A stretch of 64,000 bases of DNA from the human T2T-CHM13v2.0 reference genome, Homo sapiens, in NCBI RefSeq assembly GCF_009914755.1, contig NC_060939.1; one strand, given 5' to 3'. The position numbers were made by a program, and so were the translations under genes. The notes below the pieces were generated by a model. It did not search any database, was not told the DNA's origin, and was given only the letters and a program-made list of their open reading frames with translations. This document shows positions 20,740-38,814 of this stretch, piece by piece (position 1 is the stretch's first letter; each line of letters opens with the position of its first letter).

Positions 20740-21750
20740 CCTCACATCTGTGTTCCGTCCAGCCTTCCTCGCCTCTCCTTTTTCTTGGTGCCCTGGCTGT
20801 GGCCACAGTACTTTCCTAGGAGGAGGCCTATGCAGGCGCGTAAGGAACTCGGTGAAGGAGTCAGGGCCCCCAACTCGGCTCTCGCGAGCTTGCTGTGTGA
20901 CCTCAGGCCAGTCACCTCCCCTCTTCTGGCCTGGGTTTCCACACCTGCACAATGGGAACAGCAACCTCAGCTGCCTGCCGTCTCTGACGTGAGGGCCAAA
21001 TAAGAAAAGGTGAGAAGCTGGTCGCAAAGCGGTAAAAAAAGCCTTCAGCGCCGAAGCCGGGGAGGAAGCCGCTGATGAAGCTATTGCTGAGAAGTGTGAA
21101 GCCCCCACCCGAGGATCCGCTTTTGAAGAGGGACCCGGGGAACGCGTAGGGGGAAACTGCCTTCCTCTTCCCTCAGTGGAAAGGGCTGTGCTCATGTCAC
21201 TGTGAAACGAAGCTATTTTTATGTAGTACAACTGCGATTATGACAGGGCCTCTTCCTGAAGGGGAAGGGTGGGGAGGAGACCTGAGTCATCAGTGGGGCG
21301 GCCGGCCCCACAGGCTGACACAGGCAGCTTGTGGAAACCAGGCCCCCCGCCCTGCCTTCCGCAGGTAGAGGCCCCAGAGAGGGGAAGGGGCCGACCACCT
21401 GCTCCCGAGCCATTCTCGGGCTCGGCCAGCCATTGGGCTGGGAACCTGTCAATCCTGGTTGATCTTCCAATGAGCTGTGAACTGGTCTTCCGGGAGGACT
21501 TACAGGAGGCTGGAAACGGGGCCTGGCGCGCGCTTCCCTCTCAGTGCGAGGCTGACTGGTTGGACTCGCCGGGCTCTACTGTGGGCCCCACGCTATGTTT
21601 AGACGCCCGACGTGTCCCATTTTATTGAACTCGTCCTGCCCCCCAAGTAGGGACGATTTACCTCCATTTTCTAGATAAGGCACTGGGGGCTCCGCGAGGG
21701 GATGTGGCGGACTGGAGCCCAGCTGCACTCCTGACGGGACTGAATGCGGG
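20740..21750. promoter_or_regulatory. orphan CpG-rich element, candidate enhancer or alternative promoter
   Basis: Non-Alu CpG enrichment; TCTCGCGAGC 20880, TGACGT 20985, AP-1 TGAGTCA 21283-21289. Confidence 0.55.
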
Positions 21751-22849
21751 GCTGAGGGAGGCAACAGGAAGAATGAGTATTTTCTTTACTGGAAGGGCAG
21801 GGAAAGGTTTCTCTCAGAAGGTGACATTTGAGCTGGGCCCTAAACAATGAGCAGGATTTAGCTGTCTTGAGGAGGGGGAGAGGGAAGGGCATGTGACCCG
21901 GAAAGGATGCAGCCTGGGCAAAGGCAGGGAGGTGTGCATGGCTTGTTTGGGGGTGTCGAGCAGGTCGGGGGGGCTGGGTGGGGAGTGGCCGCGGGGCGTA
22001 GGTAGGGGAGGGCCTGGCATGACAGGCTAAGGGGTGTAGGCTCCTTGGGGTTCCTTCAGCGCTGTGCAAGCCCTGAGCATCCTCCCAGAGGTGTGGCCCT
22101 GCAGAGAGAGGGGAGGGAGCCCACTGGGGGAGGCGAGCTGAAGGAGTGGCCTGTCAGGTGGGTTTCCTGCCCTGGAGCCTGAGCTCAGGCAGTGGCTGCC
22201 GTGCCCCGCCGCCGCCCTCTTCTGCCGCCTCCTCCACGCCAGCACTTTTGCATGCAGTACTCCCTTCAGTCGTCACAGCCACCTGCAAGGTGAATATTAC
22301 CACCTTTATTTCATAGGGGAGGTAACAGGTTTAGAGAGGTTAGAGGAGCCGCCCCAGGTCACACAGCCCCTCTTGATATTCTTCAACAAAAGAATCCTCT
22401 CTGACCCCTGCTCTCAGTCAACGGAACAACCAACAACCTCCTTCCTTCAGAGAAATAGGGACCCTGAGGCTGCAACCCAACTGTAATCATCTGCCTCCAG
22501 GCACCCTCTGCACAGACTCAGCTGTTAAATATAGATGGCCGCTTAGAGATCCTTTTGTTCTCTTTACATATTACAGATGGGGAAACTGAGGCCTAGTGAG
22601 GAAGAGACTTGCTTGGGGCCCCACAAATGGACCTAGATTGGCGAGCCTCTTTTGAGCCAGAGTCTCACTGGGGTTCTAGCCCAGCTGGGAAGTTGAGCAA
22701 AGAGGGATAAGTGGGTTACAGCTCAAGGACTGGGGGTGCCTTGGGGCTTCTAGGAGATGAGAGCCGAAAGGCATTCAGCCCTTTAACCCCACTCCAGAGC
22801 TTCAGACTGTTCCTTCTCAAGACACTTTACTGCCATCTGTCTGAAAAGT

Positions 22850-23180
22850 GTGCTAATAAATATGCAAATTTTGGTGACTTGAGAGGACTGGTGTCCTCTT
22901 GAGTTGTACAGGGCACAATTTGCAGATTTGTGAGTGATCACCAAGCCCCGAAGATGCAGCGAGGTCTCTGGCAACTCCCTTTCTCAGTCCCTTCTCTATT
23001 CCTCTCTTCTTCTTTGTCCCTCTCAGACTGGGACTGGGGGTGGGGGCAGGGGGGGGATTTCCTACTAGGGTGGGAGGAAGAAGGGTGAAGGAAGTAGGGT
23101 AGGAGGAGGGGAAGTGTGGAGGACAACAGAGGGAAAGGGTAGAACTTATTTCTGCTGTCAGAAACCGAAACCAAAAGTCC
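22850..23180. promoter_or_regulatory. candidate enhancer with octamer, kB and ISRE motifs
   Basis: ATGCAAAT 22862-22869; GGGGATTTCC 23053-23062; GAAACCGAAAC 23161-23171. Confidence 0.45.
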
Positions 23181-26100
23181 TGGCAGGAGTTAATGTGAGA
23201 GGGAGGTCTGTAGCAAGAGGCTGAGGAGCAAAGCCTTCACATCTGAGGACAGCAGCCCTGTCAGAGACACCCTGGCTGCAACCTCGGTGTCACTTAGACC
23301 AGGGCTTGCCTCTCATGCTGACAAGAAGCATGCAAAGGCAGTCTGTTTTCTCTGGGGATACCAAAGGCCCCTCCAGACCTTACAGTGCCCAGCACTGGTG
23401 TTAGGATCACTGCTGGAAAGGGGAGGGGGCACTAACTCAAGTCACCATGTCATCTAATAGCCCAAGAGTGGGTGACCCTTTGTCTTGTCTGGTATTAGTC
23501 TGTGTGGACCTGCATACACCCATGAGGCTGAGGCTGGGGGCAGCCGGCATCTGTGTGTCTAGCATAATGGGGATCCTCTTTCCCCAAGTCAAGCTTAGGA
23601 CGTGTGGTATAACATAGATTTTTGTGATCCACCTGGCTGTGAGAGGTCATTTAGGTGCCACAATAATGGATTCTTTGGGGCACTTCATACTCTATTATAA
23701 CAATAGGAGAAAATGTTTGCAACTTGGACTTGTCTTTTAAAATTCAGATTGTGTGGCCACTATTTCTTGTGAACTTTGTGATTCAACGAGCCAATTGTGT
23801 ACTGGGAACCCAGATGGTGCCCCTCCCTTGAGGCTTGCTGGGTCCTCTGTGTAGGGATAGACTCTGTTCCGGGCGCCGTGGCTCCCAGTTCCAGACTGGC
23901 AGCCCTTTGAGCGGCTGAAACTTTAATTCATCTTTGTATCTCCCATGATGATAGGAACCTCCTGTCTCCTCAGGGGTTCTCAGAGTGTGAGTTTCTGGCT
24001 TCTCCATTCATCCCTCTGAGGCTGACATATCTGTGCTGGCTTCACAGAGGCAGAGAAGAATGGGGAGCATGCAGGGGAGGTGGACTGATGGATCAGGGCA
24101 CAGGGGAACCTGGCTCCACCATTTCCCAGCCCTGAGGCCTTGGACAAGTTACATTTCTGAGTCTCAGTTTCTTCATCTGTAAATGGGGATGATTTAAATA
24201 GTTGACTTTTACTGAGCATGTTCTCTGGGTCAGGCACTGCGTTAAGCATATTGCAGGCAGACTTATTCAGAAAGCATTTATGAGGGCCTCCAATGTGTAA
24301 GGAACACCACAGTGTCAGAAGGAGAGGCTTGAAGAAGATAGGTGACTGGCCAAGGTCACATGCAGGTGAAGGAGTGGCAGAACTTGTACCCCAGAGCCCA
24401 CTCTTATAACGAGCCCTCTGTATTGGATGGCCCCAGCAGACCCGAGAGGACAGGCCAGTGGAGAGCTCAGCATGGAGTCAGGTGGGGGAGACTCCTCTGT
24501 TCTCAGTGGAGGCCAGGCCCAGCTGTCCTGGAAGGAGCTAGAAGCCTGAATTCAGGTTGTGGAGCAGTGAGAGTCCAGCCCCACACAGGATGCCATGGGA
24601 GGAGGCCCTTCAAACCGGGATTCTGAAAGAACACATCCAATAGAAGGGGCAAGGGCTGCTGAGGGCCCTGAGGAGGGGGCGTGGGCTACCCATGAGCAGG
24701 CCCTTCACTCGTGGCCTCAGCTGCCCCTGCAGAAGGCTGGAGCCTGAGAGGAAGCCAGCCAAGTGAGCGGTGGAGGAGGAAGCTGGTCACATTCAGTTCT
24801 GGCTGACTCACGGGATCTGGGCTGAAGGACATATGTCTGGGAGTGCCCCAGAAAATATCTCACTGATATGGGAGATTTACTGGACTGCCTTTGGGGATTA
24901 GGCGTAGCCTCCCTTCCCTGCACCCCAGGGAGTGAATCCACTTCCCCACCCCTACCAGTGACCTCAGGCAGATGGCCCCAGGTAGAGAAAGCTGTGATTT
25001 GGTCAAGGACTCCTCTTGGCAGAGGCTGGCAGACCTCTAGGCCAGCCAGAGGAGATGGGCCTGCAGTGCACAGCCCCAAGGACTGGACACGTGTACACAC
25101 AGCACCCAGAGGGACAGGATGTGAGGGCCAGGCTGGGCAGATGCAGGGAAGCCTTGAAGCCACCCTTGCTCTTCTCCTCTACACCCCAAGTCCTCAGTCA
25201 ACCCTGTTGGCTCCAGCTCCACAGTACAAGCCTCTTCTGGTTCCTTTCCCACTGTCTTTTGAGCCTCCCCTTTACCAGCCTCCCTGCTTCTACCCTTGAC
25301 CCAGAGTCTGTTCTCAACACTGCAGCCAGAGTGATAGTGTTAAAGATCACATCACTTCTGGGTTCATTCCAGTGGGCCGTCATCCACCCCAACTTCACCA
25401 AGAGCAAATGCCAAGCCCCCACCTCCCAAAACATACCTCTTAGATACTATTTCCTACTCCTCTCCCCATTCCTCACTCTGCAACAGCCACTCTGGCTTTC
25501 TTGCTTTTTTTCAAATAGCCCAGGCACAGCCTCCCACCCCAGGCCTTTGTACTGTCAGTTCCCTGTGCCCTGAACACTCTTTTCTTAGACATCGGCATGG
25601 CATACCACCTTACTGCCTTCCAGCCTGCTCAAATATCACTGTATTTCTCAGCATTCAAATTAGCATTATTTCAGGACTATTTTCAAAGGTGTGGACAGGC
25701 TGTAAGGAAACCCTAAGGGAGAGTGCAGTGCCCAGGTTCAGTAGCATGGGGCATTTTTGCTACTCCCAGGCCTGGCAGAAGGGCGAGGAGGAGGGAAAGA
25801 CATGGCTGGTGGAAGGAAGGACAGAATTGTGGGAGAGGGCCACCTGACCAGAGCTGTGACCTGCAAGGAGGGAGCCAGGGGGATAAAAACCTCCCCCGCC
25901 TGTCTAAGCTCTCCTGCGAGGCTCATTGGCTGAATCCAGCCAGAGCCAGGACACAGTCCTTCAGGTCAGCCTTTTCTGGGGATCTGGAGGGCAAATGGAA
26001 GTTCCCTAGCACGGTTGCTTTCTTGGGAAATGTGACTGCTCCCCACCCCCAACTCCCAAGTCCTCTTACCTTGCCCTGTTTTTTCCCCATGGCACTTTTC

Positions 26101-27082
26101 TTCTAACATATTTACATATTATGATTATTTTTATTGTCTGTTAGCTCCAGGAGGGTAAGAATTTCAGTCTCTGTTATTTTTTGTTGTACCCCAAGTATCT
26201 AGAACACTGACTGGCACATTGTTGACAATAATTGTTGAATAAACAAATGCCTACTCAATCTCTCTGGGCATTTTGGGGAAAGCCTTTGGTGCCCAACTGG
26301 GCCCCTGCCTGGGGAAGGAGTGGGTTGATGCTGCAGACTGGGGTTCCAGGATTGGAGAGAAGCCAGCAGAGCCCCAGCTGGGAAGGAAGGAGAGCCTGCA
26401 GGGCTCTGCCCACAGCAGCCGCCCATTCCTGTGGCTCCCACAGCAGATCCCTGCCACTCTCCAAGGCTGTGACTTTGAGACTGGTAGGATTTTCCTTGGC
26501 AAATGCATCACTCTGCTCGGTCTCTCCAACAAGGCACCACTATGTGAAATCTCCTACCTCATGAATTAGCTCTTTGAAGGCACATCTGGTGCCTTTCCTG
26601 GGCCTCTAAGGAATGTTTTCTTCAAGGAGTTCTGGACTCACCCTGCAATGGAAAGTCCAGGAGTTGTAGGCTTGGGGGCTGTGTTCTGAGCCTCCCTGAC
26701 AAGGCCTTGGATTCCTAGGTACATGGCATTGTGGGGCTTGTCTGACCCCAGGGCTGTCCTTGGTTCATTCTTGGGCTCCTTCCCTCAAAGGTGCCCAGGA
26801 ATGCTGGGGACTTCCTGAGATGGCACCATCATCCCCTCACTAAGACTTGATGTCCTATGGGAGTGAAGACTCAAAACAACACAAAGCCCAGCCTTGTACT
26901 CCAGTTGTAAGGTTGTGCATTTTCTTAAATGGATCTATAAACTGAAAGTGATTTAAATCAAAACAATAGGATTTGAGGAGGGTGCCTTGGAAAATAATAT
27001 TAATCTGGAAAAATAAACATTTGAGACTAGCAGGAAAATTCTGAAAAACAACAGGAACACACTACATAAAATCCAGAGTCTC

Positions 27083-27658
<576 letters not shown>

Positions 27659-27797
27659 AAAATCCAGAAATCTTAAAGTAAAAGGTTGATAATTTGAACC
27701 TGTAAAAATTTAAAACCTAAATTGAGAAAATTGTCAAAAAACAAAGTCAAAAGTCCACACACTGTGGAAAACTATTTGTAACATAATATCAGATAAA

Positions 27798-28040
<243 letters not shown>

Positions 28041-28269
28041 TTAATGAACAGCAAATACGTGAAAAGATACTTACCTTCACCCATAATTAAAGAAATGCAT
28101 GAAAGAATGACAATGAAATACAGTACCATTTTCAGCTGCTAGATCAGCATGAATTGAAGTGTTTTACAATGTATGGTGTTGGTGAGGGTGTGGGGAAGGA
28201 CAATCTAGTGCATCATTGCTGGGAATGTAAATTGACCAATATTTTGGAGGGCAATTTGGAAATAACTAT

Positions 28270-29827
<1,558 letters not shown>

Positions 29828-29971
29828 GTATTTTGTAGATTGAAGGGCTTGGAATTTTAAATTGAGTTGGACCAGACTTTTAATATCCTAAAATGATTGC
29901 AAAGCATAGTATCTGCCAGATTGTCATCTGGGGACAGGAAGGGAAATTTGACTGATGAAGATGTGAACATA

Positions 29972-31150
<1,179 letters not shown>

Positions 31151-31834
31151 GTTCATAGTATGGCAGGGATTGGGGTTGGGAGGGTGCTTTAGTGGGAGCT
31201 GGAGCAGAAGGTGACAGCTGCAAAACAGTTACTTGCATCTAGGCCAGGGATACCACGGAAGGCTTGACCATGGGTTCTGGGAACCCTCAGGAAAGGGGCA
31301 TTTTGAGTTTGGAGCAATCTGGGAGCCCTCTACAGAGGAGGTTTCATGCCTAGTCTTTGTAGTGGTTACAGAGCACTTTCTAGAACAACAACTGATTGAA
31401 TTCTCACAATAGCCCTTTGCATATAGGTAGTGTTATTATCTCCACCTTCCAGATGAGAAAACAAGTCTGGAAGATGAAGGTCTTGCCTGACTCCAGCCTG
31501 CCAGCTCTTAGGTGCCTTTTCCTTTTCTCTTTTCCTCGCTTCCCAAGCATCTCTCCCTGACCCCCAACCTCCTGTCCCCCAACTTGAGCCTCACTGGCTG
31601 GGCTGGCAGAGCCCTGGGCAGAGGGCATGCTCAATGACACTGCACATGGCTGTGCTACCTTCTTAGAGAGGACACACATCCGGTGCATTGGGCTTTCACA
31701 ACAGGCTGCACCCTGTCCCTGCTCTGGGACCCAGATCACAGAACTGCCTCACCCCTCAACCCAACAACACCAGGTCATCTTATCCTTTCTCCAGGCAAAC
31801 ACCTCTCTCCCTTCTGCCTGTTAACCTAAAAAAA

Positions 31835-32130
31835 TCACGGGAACAGAAAACCAAATACCGCCTGTTCTCACTTATAAGTGGAAGCTAAATGATGATAACT
31901 TATGGACACAAAGAAGGGAACAACAGACACTGGGGCCTACTAGAGGGTGGAGGATGGGAGGAGGGAGAGAATCAGGAAATATCACTACCAGGTACTTGGC
32001 TTAGTACCTGGGTGATGAAATAATCTGTACAACAAACCCCCATGACACAAGTTTACCTATGTAACAAACCTGCACATATAGCCCTGAACCTAAAACAAAA
32101 GTTAAAAAAAAAAAAAAAAAAAAAAAAAAG
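31835..32130 (+). mobile_element. L1PA/PB 3' end fragment with poly(A)
   Basis: gaacagaaaaccaaataccgcctgttctcacttataagtgg...gtaacaaacctgcac...A-tail. Confidence 0.88.
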
Positions 32131-32132
32131 AA

Positions 32133-32445
<313 letters not shown>

Positions 32446-32639
32446 TTAGAATTTCATTTGGGTTAAATATTGCCCCCTTCCTGCAGCTTTTTAAGATGCG
32501 CATTCCTCTAACGGGAATCCATAGTAATTCCCTACTTTCTTTGCGAAAGTTATTGGATCTTTTCCCTCATTAGAAAGGCCCGAGTATGTCTGGGAATTAA
32601 ACTGCCACTCAACCCCACATTTACTTACATCTTTACCAC

Positions 32640-33150
32640 CGCGTCTATTCCTCTCTCACCCCGCCCCCATGGCCCAAGTCTTTAGCCTGGCATTCACGTA
32701 CCCTCACTGGCAATCTTGGGGAAAGCCTCAGAAAATGGTACAGCAGAAAGCCCAGCGTGGAGGAGCCAGTTGGGAGACTCAGCATGTGGGCACCCTGCTT
32801 CTCTGCGCAGAGCCTCCTCTGTCATAGGTAGATCCAGCCCATCTCAGGTTACACTACAGTCTGTAACCCCTAGCCTCTCCCTCCTCGCGCCCCTCTGGCC
32901 TCCATCACTGTCGTGCCGGTCGTGGGGACAGATGGGAGGGAATTACGGTATTTACAGCTGCTCTTCGCCGGCTCTTGCTCCCCCGCGTGTCGACAACCGA
33001 AACTGCAGCGAGGCCCAGAGGCCTCTGCCCACTCCCCTCGGAGTTCCAGGAGGACGCTAAGCGCGAGAAGCCAGGCTCAGGGAAACTGAACGCCCATACG
33101 CTCCTAGTCCCTCTCACCTGGATCCTCTGCGTCAGGTTACGTGCTTGCGC
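32640..33150. promoter_or_regulatory. small CpG-rich element ~6 kb upstream of ANKDD1A
   Basis: Local non-repeat CpG cluster; AACCGAAACT 32995-33004; TACGTGCT 33138-33145. Confidence 0.5.
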
Positions 33151-33940
33151 TATTTTTCCTTTTGTTTCTTTAAATTTTTTTTGTAGAGACAGTGAGCGTG
33201 TGTGTGGGGGGGTGGAAGGGTAGGTCTCACCATTTTGCCCAGGCCGGTCTCGAACTCCTGGGCTCAAGCCTTAGCCACCTGCCTTAGCCTCCCAAAGTGC
33301 TGGGACTACAGGTGTGAGCCACCACGCCCAGCCTGTTTGCGCTGTTTTCTGAGGCTTTCCGCCAAATTGCTTTCTTTCCTGGCAAGAAAGTCACGCCCTA
33401 GAATTGGGGTGTCCCAGTGGACTGGCCGGGTGGTTGGATTGAAGGATGTCCTCCAACCTCACCTTCAGCTGTGGCCTGGCTGGGGACCCAGCACGTGGTT
33501 CAATGCCATGGGAATCACCTGTTTCTCCTTTGGAGCGAGTCACACCTGGAGGCCATTCTCAACTCTCCACAGCTTGTTGTATGTCCCTGAGTGAAGTATT
33601 AACCTCTCTGAATCTCAGGTGCCTCCTCCGTACAGTGGAGCTTCCATATTCTAGCATTTGCCTCACAGAGTTGTCAATATGATTACATGGGATAGTATAG
33701 GTTGCAGGTGGAGAGCTGGAGGATAATCACCGCCACCACACTAGGGCACTCATTGTGTGCCTGGGCCTAGGCATTTTGAAATAGCCCTATTAAAAAAGGA
33801 TCATCCACAGATAAATTGAAGGTCAGAGAGATTTAGTGATTGCATGGGGTCACACAGCCGAGCTAGGACTGGACTCAGAAAGACATGGATACACAAGTGC
33901 TGGGAGATGTGGGTGGAGTCTGAGGTCTGTGAGTTTATAG

Positions 33941-34265
33941 CAGGTGTCCCCAACCCCCGGGCAGGACCAGTATGGGTTTGTGGCCTGTTAGCAATGGGGC
34001 TGCACAGCAGGAGGTGAGCAGCAGGCATTACTGTCTGAGCTCTGCCTCTTGTCAGATCAGCAGAGGCATTAGATTCTCATAGGAACATGAACCCTATTGT
34101 CCCCACATGCGATAGGTTGCTGCACTCCTTATGAGAATCTAATGCCTGATGATCTGAGGTGGAACAGTCTCATCCTGAAACCATTCCAATGGCCCCACCC
34201 CAACCCATGGAAAAATTGTCTTCCAGAAAACCAGTCCATGGTGGTAAAAAGATTGGAAACCACTG
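33941..34265 (+). mobile_element. MER1B (hAT-Charlie)
   Basis: caggtgtccccaacc...ggaaaccactg; TSD gtttatag/gtttagag; internal attagattctcata / tatgagaatctaat. Confidence 0.88.
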
Positions 34266-34746
34266 GTTTAGAGGGTACCTAGGGACCTGAAAAATAAACT
34301 GGCCCTGCCTCCCTTTGGTTAATGCTTTCTTCCTCTAATGGATTATTCATCACCTCTCAATCCAATGCTTGAGGGGCCAGGGACCTAAAAGACCATCCAG
34401 GCCTATTTCCTTATGGAGAGAGGGAAAGGACTTGTCCAGTTCCACAGCTGGGCAGTGCAGATCTGGATTGGAGCTCAGGTCTCTTAGTCCTGTGCTCCTG
34501 CTGCTCCTTCCCCCACTGGGTGAGCAGTTCTGCAGGGGGCTGCCACTCCTACCCCCAATCAAACTGCTCACTTATTTGGAGCACCTGTTCAGGAGCTGCC
34601 CACTGGGTACCCCTGACCCCACTTGGCTGGGAGCTTCTGCCACTCCCTCCCTCCTCTCAAGCAGCTGATTGCTCTAAGCAGAGAGGAAACCAGTGCCATT
34701 CTGGCTCCCAAATGCTGGTACAAGACCAGCAAATATTTACCACTCT

Positions 34747-34769
34747 TGTGTGTGTGTGTGTGTGTGTGT
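34747..34769. repeat. (TG)11 microsatellite
   Basis: TG run. Confidence 0.93.
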
Positions 34770-34817
34770 ATTTTTTTCTTTTGTTAGAAAAGGGCTAGCG
34801 CAATATATAACAAGTGA

Positions 34818-34991
<174 letters not shown>

Positions 34992-35199
34992 TGAGTAGCT
35001 GGGACTACAGGCACCCGTCACCACGCCCGGCTAATTTTATATATATATATTTTTTTAGTAGAGATGGGTTTTCACCATGTTAGCCAGGATGGTCTTGATC
35101 TCCTGACCTCGTGATCCTCCCACCTCGGCCTCCCAAAGTGCTGGGATTACAGACGTGAGCCACCGCTCCCAGCCCCTTCTTTGTATTTTAAAATTTCTT

Positions 35200-36060
35200 T
35201 AGTAATGAACAAACATTAATAAGACAAGAAATAAAAAGCTGTTTTAAAATTTCTCTTAAGCAAAAGGCCAACAATCATTTAAAAAATGAGTGGGATAAGA
35301 ACAGATTGTTCTCAGGAAAAAAAAGAAAAGAAAACGGCTCTTAAACATAGAAACAGATAACCAACTTTTCTTGTAATGATAGAAATGCAAACTAAGATTA
35401 TAATGAATTACTATTTCTTACTTATCAGATTGGGAAAAATCCAAGTTTTACAGAATGTTCTCCTTGGAAACAGGCACCCTCATACATTGGTAATGGAAAT
35501 GCAAAATATTTCTGGACCTTATGGAGGAGAATTTGGCAATAGCTAGCAAAGTTATATGTGCATTTACCCTTTGACCAAGCAATCCCATTTATAAGAATAG
35601 ATCCCATAGATGCACTGGTAAAAATACCAACTGATGCATGCATAAGGTTGGTCATTGTAACTCTATTGTAATAACAAAAGTCTGGAAACAGGGCCAATGT
35701 CCATCAACAGGGAGTGGTTGAATAAGCCACCCAATGGAGGACTCTGAGGCTGTACAAAGGATGCAGGAAGATCTCAACAGACTACTGCGGAGAGATCTCT
35801 GTAGTAGATTGTTCCCAGAATAAAGCCAGAAGAATGTTCAGAACGGGCAAATCTATGGAGAAAGAAAGTAGATTTGTAGTTGCCTAGGGCTGTGTGTGGA
35901 GGGTTGGGGAGGGTAAACTGCAAGGGGGGGTGATAGCTAAAGCATATGGGCTTTCTTTTCTGGGGTGATGAAAATATTTAGTGGTGATAGTTATACAACT
36001 CTGAACGATACTGTACTAAAAACCATTGAATTATACACTTAAATGGGTGAATTTTAAGGG
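35200..36060 (+). mobile_element. old L1M (L1MC/ME-like) fragments
   Basis: Degenerate ORF2-end and 3' UTR motifs (ggagaatttggcaata, aaaaccattgaattatacactt). Confidence 0.6.
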
Positions 36061-36376
36061 GCAGGGCAAAGTAAGAAGATGATATATAGTATGCTACTGC
36101 AGTAAAGGGAGAATATATGATTAAATTAAACAATATAAGGGTAAGCATCAACAACACAAATGTTATTTTGTCAGTCAGGATGCAGTGAAGGAAGCAGAAT
36201 CATGTTGAGGTTATGGGTTTAGGGTACTGGTCCCCAACCTTTTGGCACTAGGGTCCAGTTTTGTGGCAGACAATTTTTTACAGGACTTGGGTGGTGGGGG
36301 GATGGTTTTGGGATAAAATTGTTCCCCTTCGGATGATCAGGCATTAGTTAGATTCTCATAAGAAGTGTGCAACCTA

Positions 36377-38098
<1,722 letters not shown>

Positions 38099-38814
38099 TC
38101 AGGGCTCATTAATTGTTAGCTGTTATCATTATGTTATTTTTCAAAGGCCATTCCAAATACCTCCTTCTTCAGGAAGCCTTCTTGAACTATATTCTAAGGA
38201 CTAATGACTGAAAGATGCTCTTCCTCCTTTGATCCCCAAAGTAGTAGTAACTACACCTATCATGGCTTTGCTGGCTTCTTGCCTTGGGATAGAGATGCCT
38301 GAGACCCCATTATCCCTAAATTCAAAGAAGCTGTAAATGCCTTTAAGGCAAAAAGGACATGGACATCCCCCAAGGGTCTGAAGTGCAACCCATTCTGGTG
38401 TATTTAATGTGTATCTTTTTGTTTCTATGTGTCTTTGCAAGTCTGTGTTGTTTGATGTAAATGCATTTGTAATATTTTTATTGATATTGTTTCCTAGGTC
38501 TTATTTGGTTTGGTTATTTACTTTTTCTGCCTAGCACTAGGTGTTTAAATCCATATTGCCACGAATACAGCGGGTCCCTTGCTTTGAGTGCTGCACAGTT
38601 TATCCATCTGCTCTTACAAGAAAGGGCGCTTAGATTGTCTCCAACTCCCAGCAACCACAGCAACACAGCAACCAACATCCTCCTACATGTCCCTTTATGG
38701 GCCTGATAAATCTTTCTGAACACTGATAAATCCGACCATCTCTTCATATGCTTGCAGACCTGCTGAGGTTGTGGTCCCTTAAACGCCAGCTCACATCTTT
38801 GGGGTTTGACTTTC

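Noticed and set aside
20641-21231. 196-aa minus-strand ORF
   Set aside because: No recognisable domain, ends in an Alu, and lies in GC-rich, stop-poor DNA.
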